57,532 nucleotides of DNA, taken from contig JBDRLL010000012.1 in assembly GCA_043813075.1 (NCBI GenBank), positions 1 to 57,532 of the forward strand, in the 5' to 3' direction. The notes below the pieces were generated by a model. That model was not told the DNA's origin. It searched no databases and saw only the letters and a list, made by a program, of their open reading frames with translations. This DNA comes from Candidatus Altiarchaeota archaeon. GTDB taxonomy: Archaea > Altiarchaeota > Altiarchaeia > IMC4 > SCGC-AAA252-I15. This document shows positions 18,098-27,256 of this stretch, piece after piece. The first letter of the stretch is position 1; each line of letters opens with the position of its first letter. The translations under genes were made by a program, and so were the position numbers.

Positions 18098-19642
18098 ATG
18101 CTAAGACATTTAACATTAGTTCTAACGATATTCCTACTTATCGCTGGTATTGCTAACGGCCTCTATTCTGGAGATGACGCTCCGAGAAAGAACGTGCTAC
18201 ACCTTGCTGGATGCCTTCTCGGGCTACTGCAGAGCATATACCCCTACATAATGCTGGCTTTCATCATGTACGGGTCTGCGATGTACGTCTCCTCCGGATC
18301 AGACCAGCAGCAGAGGATAATGGGCAAAAAATATGTGGTCTTCGCGATAGTCGGAGCCATATGCATACTCGCGCTACTCTCCATAGCTCAAGGCCCTCCT
18401 TTTGGCGTGACACCAAAGAAGTGTATCGGCCAAACCTACTCCTCCCCGCTGGAGTTCGCCCCATGCAAGCCAACTCGCAGTGCTGAGGACAGGATGAGGG
18501 TGTGCAGGAACAGTAGGGATGATGACTGCGATGGGCTCATAGACTGCCATGATACGGACTGCATCAGCTTACTGTCTGGCAGCAGCGAGAAGAGGAAGTG
18601 CAGGAACAGTAGGGATGATGACTGCGATGGGCTCATAGACTGCGCTGACCCGGACTGCGCTGGCGCCAGGGCCTGCAGGCAAAACACTGAAGATAAGCCT
18701 AGGAAGTGCAGGAACGGTAAGGATGATGATGGTGATGGGCTCATAGATTGCGCTGACCCGGACTGCGTTAGCGCGCTGGCAGGCAAAATCGAGAGGAAGT
18801 GCAGGAACAGTAGGGATGATGACTGTGACGGGGCTTTGGACTGCGCGGACTCGGATTGTTTCGGTAAAAGAGGATGCCCTAGGCAAACGACAACGACAAC
18901 CACACTACCCTCATCACAGTGCGTGCTAATAGGTGGTGGGGACAATCCAGGAGGGAAACTGGATGTCGTCTTTGTGGGAAGCGGTTTCCCAAGCCTCTCC
19001 AGCTTCAGGACTGCGACAAACAATATGCGGGACCAACTAATAGGTGGTGATGGCATAGCACCCTACACTGCAAACGCCAACAAGATTGCGGTATGGCGTG
19101 TTGAAAAGAACTATGACAGCACTATGAGTTCGGATTACCTGTCCAGGGACGGGCAAGTCACGAGTCTCGCAGGGGTCTGCCCATTCTTCAATTCGATAGG
19201 TGACAGGGCCATACTCCTGTCTGTGGAACCACGTTTCAGGTCATTCGCGTTCCTGGGCGGCAACGCCCATGTTTGCATAGGAAGCGAATATGTCACCAAC
19301 ACTGGATGGCCTCTTGATATCGGCGGCTACAGCTTTGGGGATAATCGTGAGGAGGTTGAGCGGACCATGATACACGAGACAGGACACGCGTTCAGCGAGC
19401 TAAGGGACGAGTATGTCTCTGGCGGTGGGATCCCATCAGGTCTTAACTGCGCGTATCCTTCCAGCCAGTGCAACAATTGGGATGCCATAGACTCGAATCA
19501 CGTGTGTTCGATGGGTTGCACCCAGTCCAACTGGTATCGTTCTAGCGAGAACAGCGTTATGAACTACCATTACACGGAGTATTACTTCAATGAAGTTTGT
19601 AAATATTATCTACAACAGGATCTGGACAAGTATAGTGGGTGA
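18098..19642 (+). CDS. Secreted/membrane zinc metallopeptidase, M64 (IgA peptidase)-like, with Cys/Asp repeats
   Basis: KLDVVFVGSGF, HETGHAFSELRDEY, SVMNY Met-turn; four CRN..DDDCDG..DC.D.DC repeats. Confidence 0.82.
   Translation: MLRHLTLVLTIFLLIAGIANGLYSGDDAPRKNVLHLAGCLLGLLQSIYPYIMLAFIMYGSAMYVSSGSDQQQRIMGKKYVVFAIVGAICILALLSIAQGPPFGVTPKKCIGQTYSSPLEFAPCKPTRSAEDRMRVCRNSRDDDCDGLIDCHDTDCISLLSGSSEKRKCRNSRDDDCDGLIDCADPDCAGARACRQNTEDKPRKCRNGKDDDGDGLIDCADPDCVSALAGKIERKCRNSRDDDCDGALDCADSDCFGKRGCPRQTTTTTTLPSSQCVLIGGGDNPGGKLDVVFVGSGFPSLSSFRTATNNMRDQLIGGDGIAPYTANANKIAVWRVEKNYDSTMSSDYLSRDGQVTSLAGVCPFFNSIGDRAILLSVEPRFRSFAFLGGNAHVCIGSEYVTNTGWPLDIGGYSFGDNREEVERTMIHETGHAFSELRDEYVSGGGIPSGLNCAYPSSQCNNWDAIDSNHVCSMGCTQSNWYRSSENSVMNYHYTEYYFNEVCKYYLQQDLDKYSG
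18502..18858 (+). repeat. Four intragenic ~93-108-bp-period direct repeats encoding CRNxxDDDCDGLIDCxDxDC
   Basis: GTGCAGGAACAGTAGGGATGATGACTGCGATGGGCTCATAGACTGC is identical at 18502 and 18598; near copies start at 18706 and 18799. Confidence 0.9.
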
Positions 19643-20331
19643 TACAAGTGAGAAAAATAATTGCATTGATGGTTTTGGCGTTCCTGGTGGCTGATGCCTC
19701 TGCTTTGGAGGATAGTCTTAGGGTTACTGTTACGTATGTGCGTGGTAGCATCAGGATAGCTGAAGTGACCCTGGTCAAAGCGGAGTCGCCGCCGCCTATG
19801 CAGGACGGGGATTATGCCATCAAAATGCTCTCCCCTACAGGTGATGTGCTATACGAGACGAAGTTCAGCTTTTCTAGAGAGTATTCAATGGCGGCGCCAA
19901 AAGACATATTTGATGGGCAGGGACGGCAGATAAAGCCGGATACTGGCGGGGGTACTGGTGGTGCAAAAAAGAAGATGATGATAATCACCCTACCCTACCA
20001 TGCTATGGCAACAAAGATAGTGGTCGTCGACTCCGATGGTGTTCAGCTGGCGTCAAAGGGGATTAAAAGGTATTCCGACTATTGTGGCGACGGCAGGTGC
20101 AGTGAAACTGAAAATTATGGGAACTGCCATCTAGACTGCGTGTCTGGCATGGAAGACAAATACTGTGACACCGTGCGTGATGGCGTCTGCGACCCGGACT
20201 GCAGGCCTGAAAACGACGTTGACTGCGCAGAGTATCTAAGTGACGAGTCTATGGTATACACGATGCTGATAACATTAGCAATCGTCATCATCGTTTTGGG
20301 TATCATCTACCAGTTGATATTCCGGAAGTAG
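19639..20331 (+). CDS. Cys-rich membrane-anchored protein
   Basis: Signal peptide, YCGDGRC...NC..DC and DGVCDPDC motifs, C-terminal TM; GTGA overlap with the peptidase gene. Confidence 0.78.
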   Translation: MIQVRKIIALMVLAFLVADASALEDSLRVTVTYVRGSIRIAEVTLVKAESPPPMQDGDYAIKMLSPTGDVLYETKFSFSREYSMAAPKDIFDGQGRQIKPDTGGGTGGAKKKMMIITLPYHAMATKIVVVDSDGVQLASKGIKRYSDYCGDGRCSETENYGNCHLDCVSGMEDKYCDTVRDGVCDPDCRPENDVDCAEYLSDESMVYTMLITLAIVIIVLGIIYQLIFRK

Positions 20332-20675
20332 TGGCGATGGACAGCATACTCTTGATACTCTCGATTTTCTCCATATCCACGGGACTGGTTGCAATCATCC
20401 TATTCGCTGCCAACATCCTCCGGGATTCGCGTGACGAGAAGGTAACCTTGATGGATAAGTACATCAACTCGCTTCTGAAGGTTCAGAAGGCGGCGAGCGA
20501 TGATTTAAGATATAAGTTCAGGGAGAATGAAAAGCCTGCGTTGAAGAAGAAACCGGTTAATGTTTCAGACAGGACGTATACTGTGGCATTCATTCTAGCA
20601 GTCATATCCGCATTACTGGTCTTGGCGATATTATACCTCATGTATTTCAAGAATGTTGAAACGCTAGCACTCTAA
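20331..20675 (+). CDS. Small two-TM protein
   Basis: Two hydrophobic helices flanking a basic loop; abuts the previous gene. Confidence 0.65.
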   Translation: MAMDSILLILSIFSISTGLVAIILFAANILRDSRDEKVTLMDKYINSLLKVQKAASDDLRYKFRENEKPALKKKPVNVSDRTYTVAFILAVISALLVLAILYLMYFKNVETLAL

Positions 20676-20680
20676 AAGCA

Positions 20681-21946
20681 TTATTTGATGTCCCTGAGCC
20701 TCGCATGCGCCTCTCCCTTCTTGAGTACGCCGTCGACAAGCAGCCCGAATTTCTGGGAGTTGTATTGTATCTGCTTGTTGAAGTACACTAGTGATATGAA
20801 TGTCGTGATGAACGAGACTGCGATGACTATAGAGAAAAGCGATTCTGTTATGAGATTGTAGGATACTGCGACAAGGGCTATCACCAACTCTATCCCACCC
20901 CTATTGTTCATGCTCAATCCTATCACGTTTATTGAAGACTGGTTCAAGCCAGTTATCTTACCTGCTATGAACACCCCCAGGTATTTGCCAGTCAGGGCTA
21001 TGAAAATCAGCCCCACAAGCAGTGGGATGTCTGACATAATGCCATTCAAATCGAATTTCAGGCCGATGGATATGAAGAAGAAGGGTATTATCAGGCCGAA
21101 AGTCAGCATGTCCAGGCCCTTGAGTATCCCCTCGCCTTCAGGCTTGTTCTTAACCGTGATGTTTATTATCAGGCCTGCTATGAACGCGCCTATGAGCGAG
21201 CTCAATCCGAAGACCTGGCTGAGCAGGGTTATGGTCAGGCCGAATATTATGGACAGGGTGAACATGACGTTGCTTGAATTCCCGTGCCGTATTAGTCCAG
21301 CGAGTTGGGGTAGCACTTTGAAGCCTAGTATGTATGCTATGATGAAGAATGTGACGTACTCGAGACTAAGCACTGAGAAGACGCCGATAAGCGATGACGA
21401 TACTTGGCCGCCCGTTTGTATGAGTGCGAGTATCAGCGTTAGGGCGAGTATGCCCAGCAGGTCGTCTATCATTCCGGCAGCCACTATTATCGACCCGTCG
21501 TCCGCGTCCAGTATCTCATACTCCATCAGCACTTCCACCGCTATTGTTGCGGCGGTCACTGAGAGGCAGAGGCTTAGTATGAACGAGACTGTCGGGTCAT
21601 ATCCTAATGCCGATAGCGTGCATAATCCGATTATCATGGGTATCAGGAATGATAGGACGCCAACTGATATGGACGGCAGGGTCGTCTTCTTGAGCCTGCT
21701 TAAGTCTATTTCCGCGCCTGCAAGCAGGAGGAAGAATACCACGCCCACTTCAGAAAGGAACTCTAGGAGGGGGTTGAATTCGGGGTGAAGCATGAAGGAC
21801 CTTACAGGGGGTATGTTGAATATGATTCCTGTGAGGATGTAGCCGAGGACCCGGGGGTATCGTAGTGTGTTGAAGAGCTCGGAGAGCAGGAAGGCCGCTA
21901 TAAGACAGCCAGTGAATCCGACTAATACGGGATTTATCGCCTCCAT
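20681..21946 (-). CDS. Cation:proton antiporter (CPA2 / Kef / NapA-like)
   Basis: About 12 TMs; AGMIDD, GAFIAG, PFFF..IG, K..G, RGG motifs. Confidence 0.92.
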   Translation of the reverse strand: MEAINPVLVGFTGCLIAAFLLSELFNTLRYPRVLGYILTGIIFNIPPVRSFMLHPEFNPLLEFLSEVGVVFFLLLAGAEIDLSRLKKTTLPSISVGVLSFLIPMIIGLCTLSALGYDPTVSFILSLCLSVTAATIAVEVLMEYEILDADDGSIIVAAGMIDDLLGILALTLILALIQTGGQVSSSLIGVFSVLSLEYVTFFIIAYILGFKVLPQLAGLIRHGNSSNVMFTLSIIFGLTITLLSQVFGLSSLIGAFIAGLIINITVKNKPEGEGILKGLDMLTFGLIIPFFFISIGLKFDLNGIMSDIPLLVGLIFIALTGKYLGVFIAGKITGLNQSSINVIGLSMNNRGGIELVIALVAVSYNLITESLFSIVIAVSFITTFISLVYFNKQIQYNSQKFGLLVDGVLKKGEAHARLRDIK

Positions 21947-22018
21947 GACTCTACTAATATACTACTGGACAATTATTAACAGGCTTCAACGTTAAAATGA
22001 ATGGCGTACGTGGTATAG

Positions 22019-23563
22019 ATGAAACTAAGAGACTACAAGCATGTGCTGATCCTCATAATCCTTATGGGCGTCGTCATAAGGTCTTACCTCCTGTTATCTT
22101 GGGGGCCTGTTTTTATCGATACTGACGGAGTCTACTACTCTCGTCTTGGTAAAAACCTTGTTGAATATGGTTCATACCAGTACGGGGAGGACTATAACCA
22201 GGGCATAATATTCCCGCCATTATATCCTGCACTCATAGGCTTGATGAATCTACTGGTGGGGGACCTCATGTTGTCTGGAAGGATCATCTCTTTTCTCGCT
22301 GGCGTGGCCGCGATACCGGTGTTCTTCCTCTTGGGCAGGGAGGTGAATGGCGTTGAGTCCGGGCTTTTCTCGGCGTTCGCTTATGCTGTATATCCATTTA
22401 TATTCCGCATGTCTGCGCGTGTCATGTCTGATTCACTGTTCTTTTTCCTATTCTTCTCATCAGTCTATGTTTTCATCTTGTCTTCCAGGAGAAAGGACTT
22501 CTACTATACCCTTCTCTTCGGCGTTTCTGTTTCTCTGGCGTATCTTGTGCGGCTGGAGGGCGTCCTCCTGCTTTCACTGCCACTGTTTTTCGCTGTTGAT
22601 TCCGAGTATCGGCGTACGGCGTACGCCAGGAAGCTCGTTTCCGTGATACTGGTGTTCGCATTACTCTCCTCGCCATACGTGTTGTTTTTATGGGGCTCTA
22701 CAGGAAGCTTTAAGCTTAGCGGGAAGTCGATGTTCAACATGATTATTGGAGAGCATGTGCTAGGCAGGGATTATGAGGGGATAGTCGGGTCACTCAACCA
22801 GGACCGGTCGTTGCTGAACATGTATGACTCCAACTCGAGGGACTCGGTTATGGGGCATGTATTAAACGACCCTCGCTCTTTCACGAGGAAGTATGCATCG
22901 AACTTTTCCAGGGAATTACTTTACATATTCCTCCTGCTCATGCCTTTATACCCTCTCATAATCCACGACTACTTCTCCAAGACCCCTTCAAACAATTATA
23001 GGCGGATTTTTCTCATCCTCACGGGAATGCTGTTAGTATCCTATCCAGTGTTCCTGGTTCAAATGAGGCACGTGTACACTCAAGTACTATGCATTATATT
23101 ATATCTTTCCGCAAACTTTGTGACGTTACCCGATTCCGTGAGGAGGATATTCCCCCCCCTCGCCGCATACGCGAAGCCGGTCATTATCCTCCTCCTATTG
23201 TCTTCATGCCTTTCTGACGCCATGGTCAGCATGCCATACTATCCTGAAGAGCAGGTTAAAGCCGGCTTGTTCCTGAAGAGCCGTTCAACAGGATACGAGT
23301 CTTTTAACGTGATGGCGAGAAAGGCTTTCATCAGCTATTACAGCGGCTCTAGGATAACCAATTTCCCATACGCTAGTGTGAGTGACGTCCTGTACTTCGC
23401 CAGGAAGCATGGCGTAGACTACCTGGTGGTTGATGAGCGATATATGGGCTCCTGGAGCAATTACGCTGAACTGAGGGATATGGGCGGCCATAGCAGCGAG
23501 GTGGAGCTCGTATATAACGACTCGACGATAAAAGACATAAGGATATACTCGCTGAAGGATTAG
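22019..23563 (+). CDS. GT-C fold glycosyltransferase (PMT_2 / family 39-like)
   Basis: D-x-D...Y first loop, FPPLYP, multiple TMs, LVRLEG, soluble C-terminal domain. Confidence 0.85.
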   Translation: MKLRDYKHVLILIILMGVVIRSYLLLSWGPVFIDTDGVYYSRLGKNLVEYGSYQYGEDYNQGIIFPPLYPALIGLMNLLVGDLMLSGRIISFLAGVAAIPVFFLLGREVNGVESGLFSAFAYAVYPFIFRMSARVMSDSLFFFLFFSSVYVFILSSRRKDFYYTLLFGVSVSLAYLVRLEGVLLLSLPLFFAVDSEYRRTAYARKLVSVILVFALLSSPYVLFLWGSTGSFKLSGKSMFNMIIGEHVLGRDYEGIVGSLNQDRSLLNMYDSNSRDSVMGHVLNDPRSFTRKYASNFSRELLYIFLLLMPLYPLIIHDYFSKTPSNNYRRIFLILTGMLLVSYPVFLVQMRHVYTQVLCIILYLSANFVTLPDSVRRIFPPLAAYAKPVIILLLLSSCLSDAMVSMPYYPEEQVKAGLFLKSRSTGYESFNVMARKAFISYYSGSRITNFPYASVSDVLYFARKHGVDYLVVDERYMGSWSNYAELRDMGGHSSEVELVYNDSTIKDIRIYSLKD

Positions 23564-23564
23564 G

Positions 23565-23831
23565 ATGCTCGAATTCAATATACCAGACATCTACATATTG
23601 ACGCTGGTCATACTGTTGGTCGTCTTCTTCGGCATACTCGTCACCATCGTAGTCCCATTGTTCCTTACGGTAACCCGCATACTCAAGATAATAACGCTGG
23701 TACAGTCCCTTATCATCGTAATAAACCGCATCATCGGCGACAGGAAAAAGAAGGGCACGATAGACCTGTCGGAATCAGAGTATACCGTTATGGACGAGGA
23801 GTTAAGCGATGCCCGGTTGCGTGACGCCTAA
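23565..23831 (+). CDS. Small membrane protein
   Basis: Long hydrophobic N-terminus; tail 'TIDLSESEY.V'; 1 nt after the GT gene. Confidence 0.65.
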   Translation: MLEFNIPDIYILTLVILLVVFFGILVTIVVPLFLTVTRILKIITLVQSLIIVINRIIGDRKKKGTIDLSESEYTVMDEELSDARLRDA

Positions 23832-23850
23832 TCTTGAAGCCTATTTTAAG

Positions 23851-24075
23851 ATGAATCCTAAATCTAATAATATGAGCAACGTCAGGCGCAGGAATGAGGG
23901 CTTCCAGCACTTTGCTGCTGGCATACTCGTAGCATTCGGTTACTCGGTCATGCTGGTAACACTGCCTGTCGCAGGCATACTATTACTGCTCCCAGGAACC
24001 TTCTTAATACTTGAATTCACGCTCTACGGCCTAGTCCAGATTGTGGTCAGCCTCTTCGAGTCAGGCCCCCGATAA
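23851..24075 (+). CDS. Small membrane protein
   Basis: Two hydrophobic segments; start uncertain (23851 or 23872). Confidence 0.5.
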   Translation: MNPKSNNMSNVRRRNEGFQHFAAGILVAFGYSVMLVTLPVAGILLLLPGTFLILEFTLYGLVQIVVSLFESGPR

Positions 24076-24225
24076 CACATAGGACATGTTGTAACGATGG
24101 CTACCGCAATAGTAGTGGGCGAGTCAGGTATTCTGAGCGCGAAAGAGCTTTCAGGTATCAGAGGCTCCAGAACGGACCTGGTATTCAAGCCGAAAATCAG
24201 TTTAAAGAGTGTGGGAGAATAGTAT

Positions 24226-24474
24226 ATGATGATGGCCAGAGTATTCCTGATGATCACTATGATGTTCATTTTGTCAGCATGCATCTCGACAGGCAATAAG
24301 CCGCCTCAGGAGGAGATAAACCATTCTTCATGCTATCTTGTCCGTTGTTCCTATTACGCCGACGATTTTGACAGGTGCGTCTCCGACGGCTGCTGTCAGC
24401 CAGTCTACAATGATTCAGGTGCTTACGTGAACTGCATGATAAACAAGACGAAGAGTCAGGGGGGTGAAGAGTGA
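24226..24474 (+). CDS. Small Cys-rich lipoprotein
   Basis: Signal with LSAC lipobox; six further Cys; GTGA overlap with the next gene. Confidence 0.65.
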   Translation: MMMARVFLMITMMFILSACISTGNKPPQEEINHSSCYLVRCSYYADDFDRCVSDGCCQPVYNDSGAYVNCMINKTKSQGGEE

Positions 24475-25682
24475 TGGGCCGTAAGAAGGGGACGAGCATA
24501 ACCACGATGATATGCCTCGTCTTGTTTCTAATCTGCATGGCATTGATAGGCCTTTTATGGGCTTGTCCTGAGAATCCTGATTATGAGGACACTTTTGTCT
24601 GCAGGCAGTACTATGAGTGGGACGAGTGGCTTACGGGGATTGCCGAGCCTTTGAACAACTACACGATACCCTCCTTATCCAATATGACTATGCCCAACAT
24701 AACAGGCATCACCTTCCCCACGACTTCCACCACATTGAAGAGGATTAACGACTCCCAAATCATGGTGACAGTATCTGAGATGATGGGGGATTACGTGCAA
24801 GACACCAGGATTCCTGAGGAAGTATGCGGGCCTAAGGCAAAGGATGTGACAGAGAGATACAATATGCGGGGGTGTAGTCTAGTCGAGTCAAGTGCCGTGT
24901 CAAGCGGTCATCCTGCTGTCATGGAAAAGTGCGTGGACGGGCATAGTATCGCAGGATGCTTCTCATGCACCTTCAAGTGCGAGAGGAAGGATTATGTCTC
25001 CATAGCCTCATGGGACCTACATGTCTTCAATGAGGCCAAGGCAGGTAACATAAATCTGATGACGTATTATGTAGAGAAGATGCGGGAACATGACATCATA
25101 GTAATCCAAGGCATCAACGACCCCTCGGGAAATGCATTCCAGACCCTCTGCACGCTGATGAGGCCGTATAAGTGCGTTAATTCCAGCAGTTCTGGGCAGC
25201 CTGCAGAGCAGTATGGCGTACTGTATGACGAGAACGTCGAGCTGGTCGGCTTCACTGACCATAATCTTGGCGGGCACGCGGAGAACTTCAAGAACCCTCC
25301 TGTGACTGCCACATTCACTGCTGGGAACTGGACTTTCCAGCTTACCACCCTGCACGCAGACCCTGAGAACGTTCGGGAGGAACTGAAGAATCTTGAGACA
25401 TTAACTCTCCTTGATTCTTCACGTCTAGATGAGATCATCATAGGCGACCTGAAGGCTGACTGCGGGTATTATGATATTCCGCCAGCGGAGTTCAGAGATA
25501 TGCTTTGGGTTATTCCTGACACTGAGGACACGAGCGTTGACTCGGCTGACTGCGCGTACGACAGGATAATACTGAACAATGGTGCTGAAGGCCACTATCT
25601 GGATTATGATGTGATGCGTGATGTTAATGTGGTACAGGGAAACAATTACATGATATCAGTGGAATTCAAGACGGGAGTATGA
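24471..25682 (+). CDS. Membrane-anchored DNase I-like (EEP fold) protein, active site degenerate
   Basis: DIIVIQ, EQYGVLYD, LHADP, IIGDL.ADC, W.IPD..DT, CAYDRII are DNase I family motifs. Confidence 0.82.
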   Translation: MMGRKKGTSITTMICLVLFLICMALIGLLWACPENPDYEDTFVCRQYYEWDEWLTGIAEPLNNYTIPSLSNMTMPNITGITFPTTSTTLKRINDSQIMVTVSEMMGDYVQDTRIPEEVCGPKAKDVTERYNMRGCSLVESSAVSSGHPAVMEKCVDGHSIAGCFSCTFKCERKDYVSIASWDLHVFNEAKAGNINLMTYYVEKMREHDIIVIQGINDPSGNAFQTLCTLMRPYKCVNSSSSGQPAEQYGVLYDENVELVGFTDHNLGGHAENFKNPPVTATFTAGNWTFQLTTLHADPENVREELKNLETLTLLDSSRLDEIIIGDLKADCGYYDIPPAEFRDMLWVIPDTEDTSVDSADCAYDRIILNNGAEGHYLDYDVMRDVNVVQGNNYMISVEFKTGV

Positions 25683-25726
25683 TTGATGGTATTTTTTGGT
25701 GGGACTGATTTCCACCCATCATGACA

Positions 25727-26965
25727 TTAAGCGCAAGCGCCGTTCACGCACTTGCTGGCGCAAGTGTGCTTGAGGTATGACGGCCTCACCTTACCCTTCT
25801 TGTTTGGCTTGCATATCGCTTCCTTCAGCTTCTTCTTAACTTTAGCCTTCTTACCCCCTATGCATTTGTCGTCCTTCCTCTTGCTCCCGGCCTCGGCGTA
25901 TCCTGTAGTCCGGTAGTTGCCGCCTCCGTCTGAGTCAACGCAATTGCCTCCCGGGCTAGGACTATTTACCACTACGGCGAGAGCCTGCTTGGATATTACG
26001 GCGGATTCATAAAGCCCTATCTTGAAGTAGCCGTTCTCGCCCCATCCGGTGCCCCAACTGTTCTTACCGATCCAGTAGTCGACGCCATTCTCACTGCCCC
26101 ATCCTACGAGAACCACGGCATGACCCCCTTGATAGTTGCTTGACGAGACTCTGTAGACGCCACTGTTGTAGAAGTAGAAGTCATAGTACACGTCCATTGA
26201 GACTTTCACTGGACCGTAATCCTTGATGGCGCTTTTGATGGCGTTAACGTTCAACGCTATGTTCTTGTATCCATCGCTCTTCACAACCCTGTTCGCCGAG
26301 TCCACACACCTCTGGGAGCAGGGCTCGTTACGCTCCTGATACGGGAAGCATGCCTCGTCTGGGACCCCTGTGTTCGTGAAGTAGTTTTTGAACATGTCCT
26401 CCTGGAATGGCCGTGTAGCTCCACTGCAGCCGGTGCCGTGGAGGCAGGAGACCAGGTCCTGTTCAGACAGATCCAGGTTGCCCTTGCCCTTGTACTTCAA
26501 CGCACCCTCTAGCGCGGCAACTCCCGCGAACGCCCAGCAGCTGCCGCAGTTAAACTGGTCTTTCACGGATGTCACGCCATTGCTAGCCCTAAGGTCGAAA
26601 GAGGCGGGAATCGCACGTACAGGACCAACCTTCTTCTTCCTCATTGTTTTAGCGCTGGCCCTAGGGCTTAAGTCACCCAGAAGGTTTCCCTTCTCTGCAT
26701 CGGACAGTATGGATACCTTGTTGTATCCCGCAGTCCATGCATACCCCTTTTTCTTGATCGCGGAGTTTATTGCGGTTACGTCCGCCTTAAGGCTAATCCT
26801 CCTTTCGGCAGGCAGGCTCATGATGGACGCCCGCAACGATGGCGGAACGCCTTTAGCTTGTAGTTCGGTTATTGTAATGTCGTTGGGGGCACCATCAGCT
26901 GCAACGGAAGAAGCTAGGAGCACGAGAATCAGGGTGAAAACAGGCAGTTGTCTAACCATATACAT
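25727..26965 (-). CDS. Secreted papain-family (C1A) cysteine protease
   Basis: VKDQFNCGSCWAF, LSEQDLVSC, GGHAV, KNSWGTGWGENGY; signal peptide; Lys-rich CxDSDGG tail. Confidence 0.95.
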   Translation of the reverse strand: MYMVRQLPVFTLILVLLASSVAADGAPNDITITELQAKGVPPSLRASIMSLPAERRISLKADVTAINSAIKKKGYAWTAGYNKVSILSDAEKGNLLGDLSPRASAKTMRKKKVGPVRAIPASFDLRASNGVTSVKDQFNCGSCWAFAGVAALEGALKYKGKGNLDLSEQDLVSCLHGTGCSGATRPFQEDMFKNYFTNTGVPDEACFPYQERNEPCSQRCVDSANRVVKSDGYKNIALNVNAIKSAIKDYGPVKVSMDVYYDFYFYNSGVYRVSSSNYQGGHAVVLVGWGSENGVDYWIGKNSWGTGWGENGYFKIGLYESAVISKQALAVVVNSPSPGGNCVDSDGGGNYRTTGYAEAGSKRKDDKCIGGKKAKVKKKLKEAICKPNKKGKVRPSYLKHTCASKCVNGACA

Positions 26966-27003
26966 AATATACTCAAATTTGGCTTAAATACGTTGATTAG
27001 GGA

Positions 27004-27105
27004 CTAGTCTTCCTCGTAGTCGTCATCCAGGTCAAGGTGCTTCTTCACTCTTTTAATGCCTTCAGTTGCCACTGCGAGGGCGGCTATCCCACCTAATATG
27101 TTCAT
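27004..27105 (-). CDS. Possible 33-aa small protein
   Basis: Translated by hand: MNILGGIAALAVATEGIKRVKKHLDLDDDYEED; GC-richer than the flanking intergenic DNA. Confidence 0.4.
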   Translation of the reverse strand: MNILGGIAALAVATEGIKRVKKHLDLDDDYEED

Positions 27106-27256
27106 TATGTATGTATACCGAATCACAGATTATTATCATATATGGTTTCACAAAGTAACTATGTGTGTTCCATGGGAGGGAATATTCTGATGAGACGATA
27201 TAAGAATCAGCATGGTATGTAAAAACAGCCTCGAAGTAAGGGAAACTAGGGTCAAG

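Noticed and set aside
18502-18858. Repeat-spacer pattern resembling a CRISPR array
   Set aside because: The repeats are in-frame protein repeats inside a CDS, are degenerate, and no cas genes are present.
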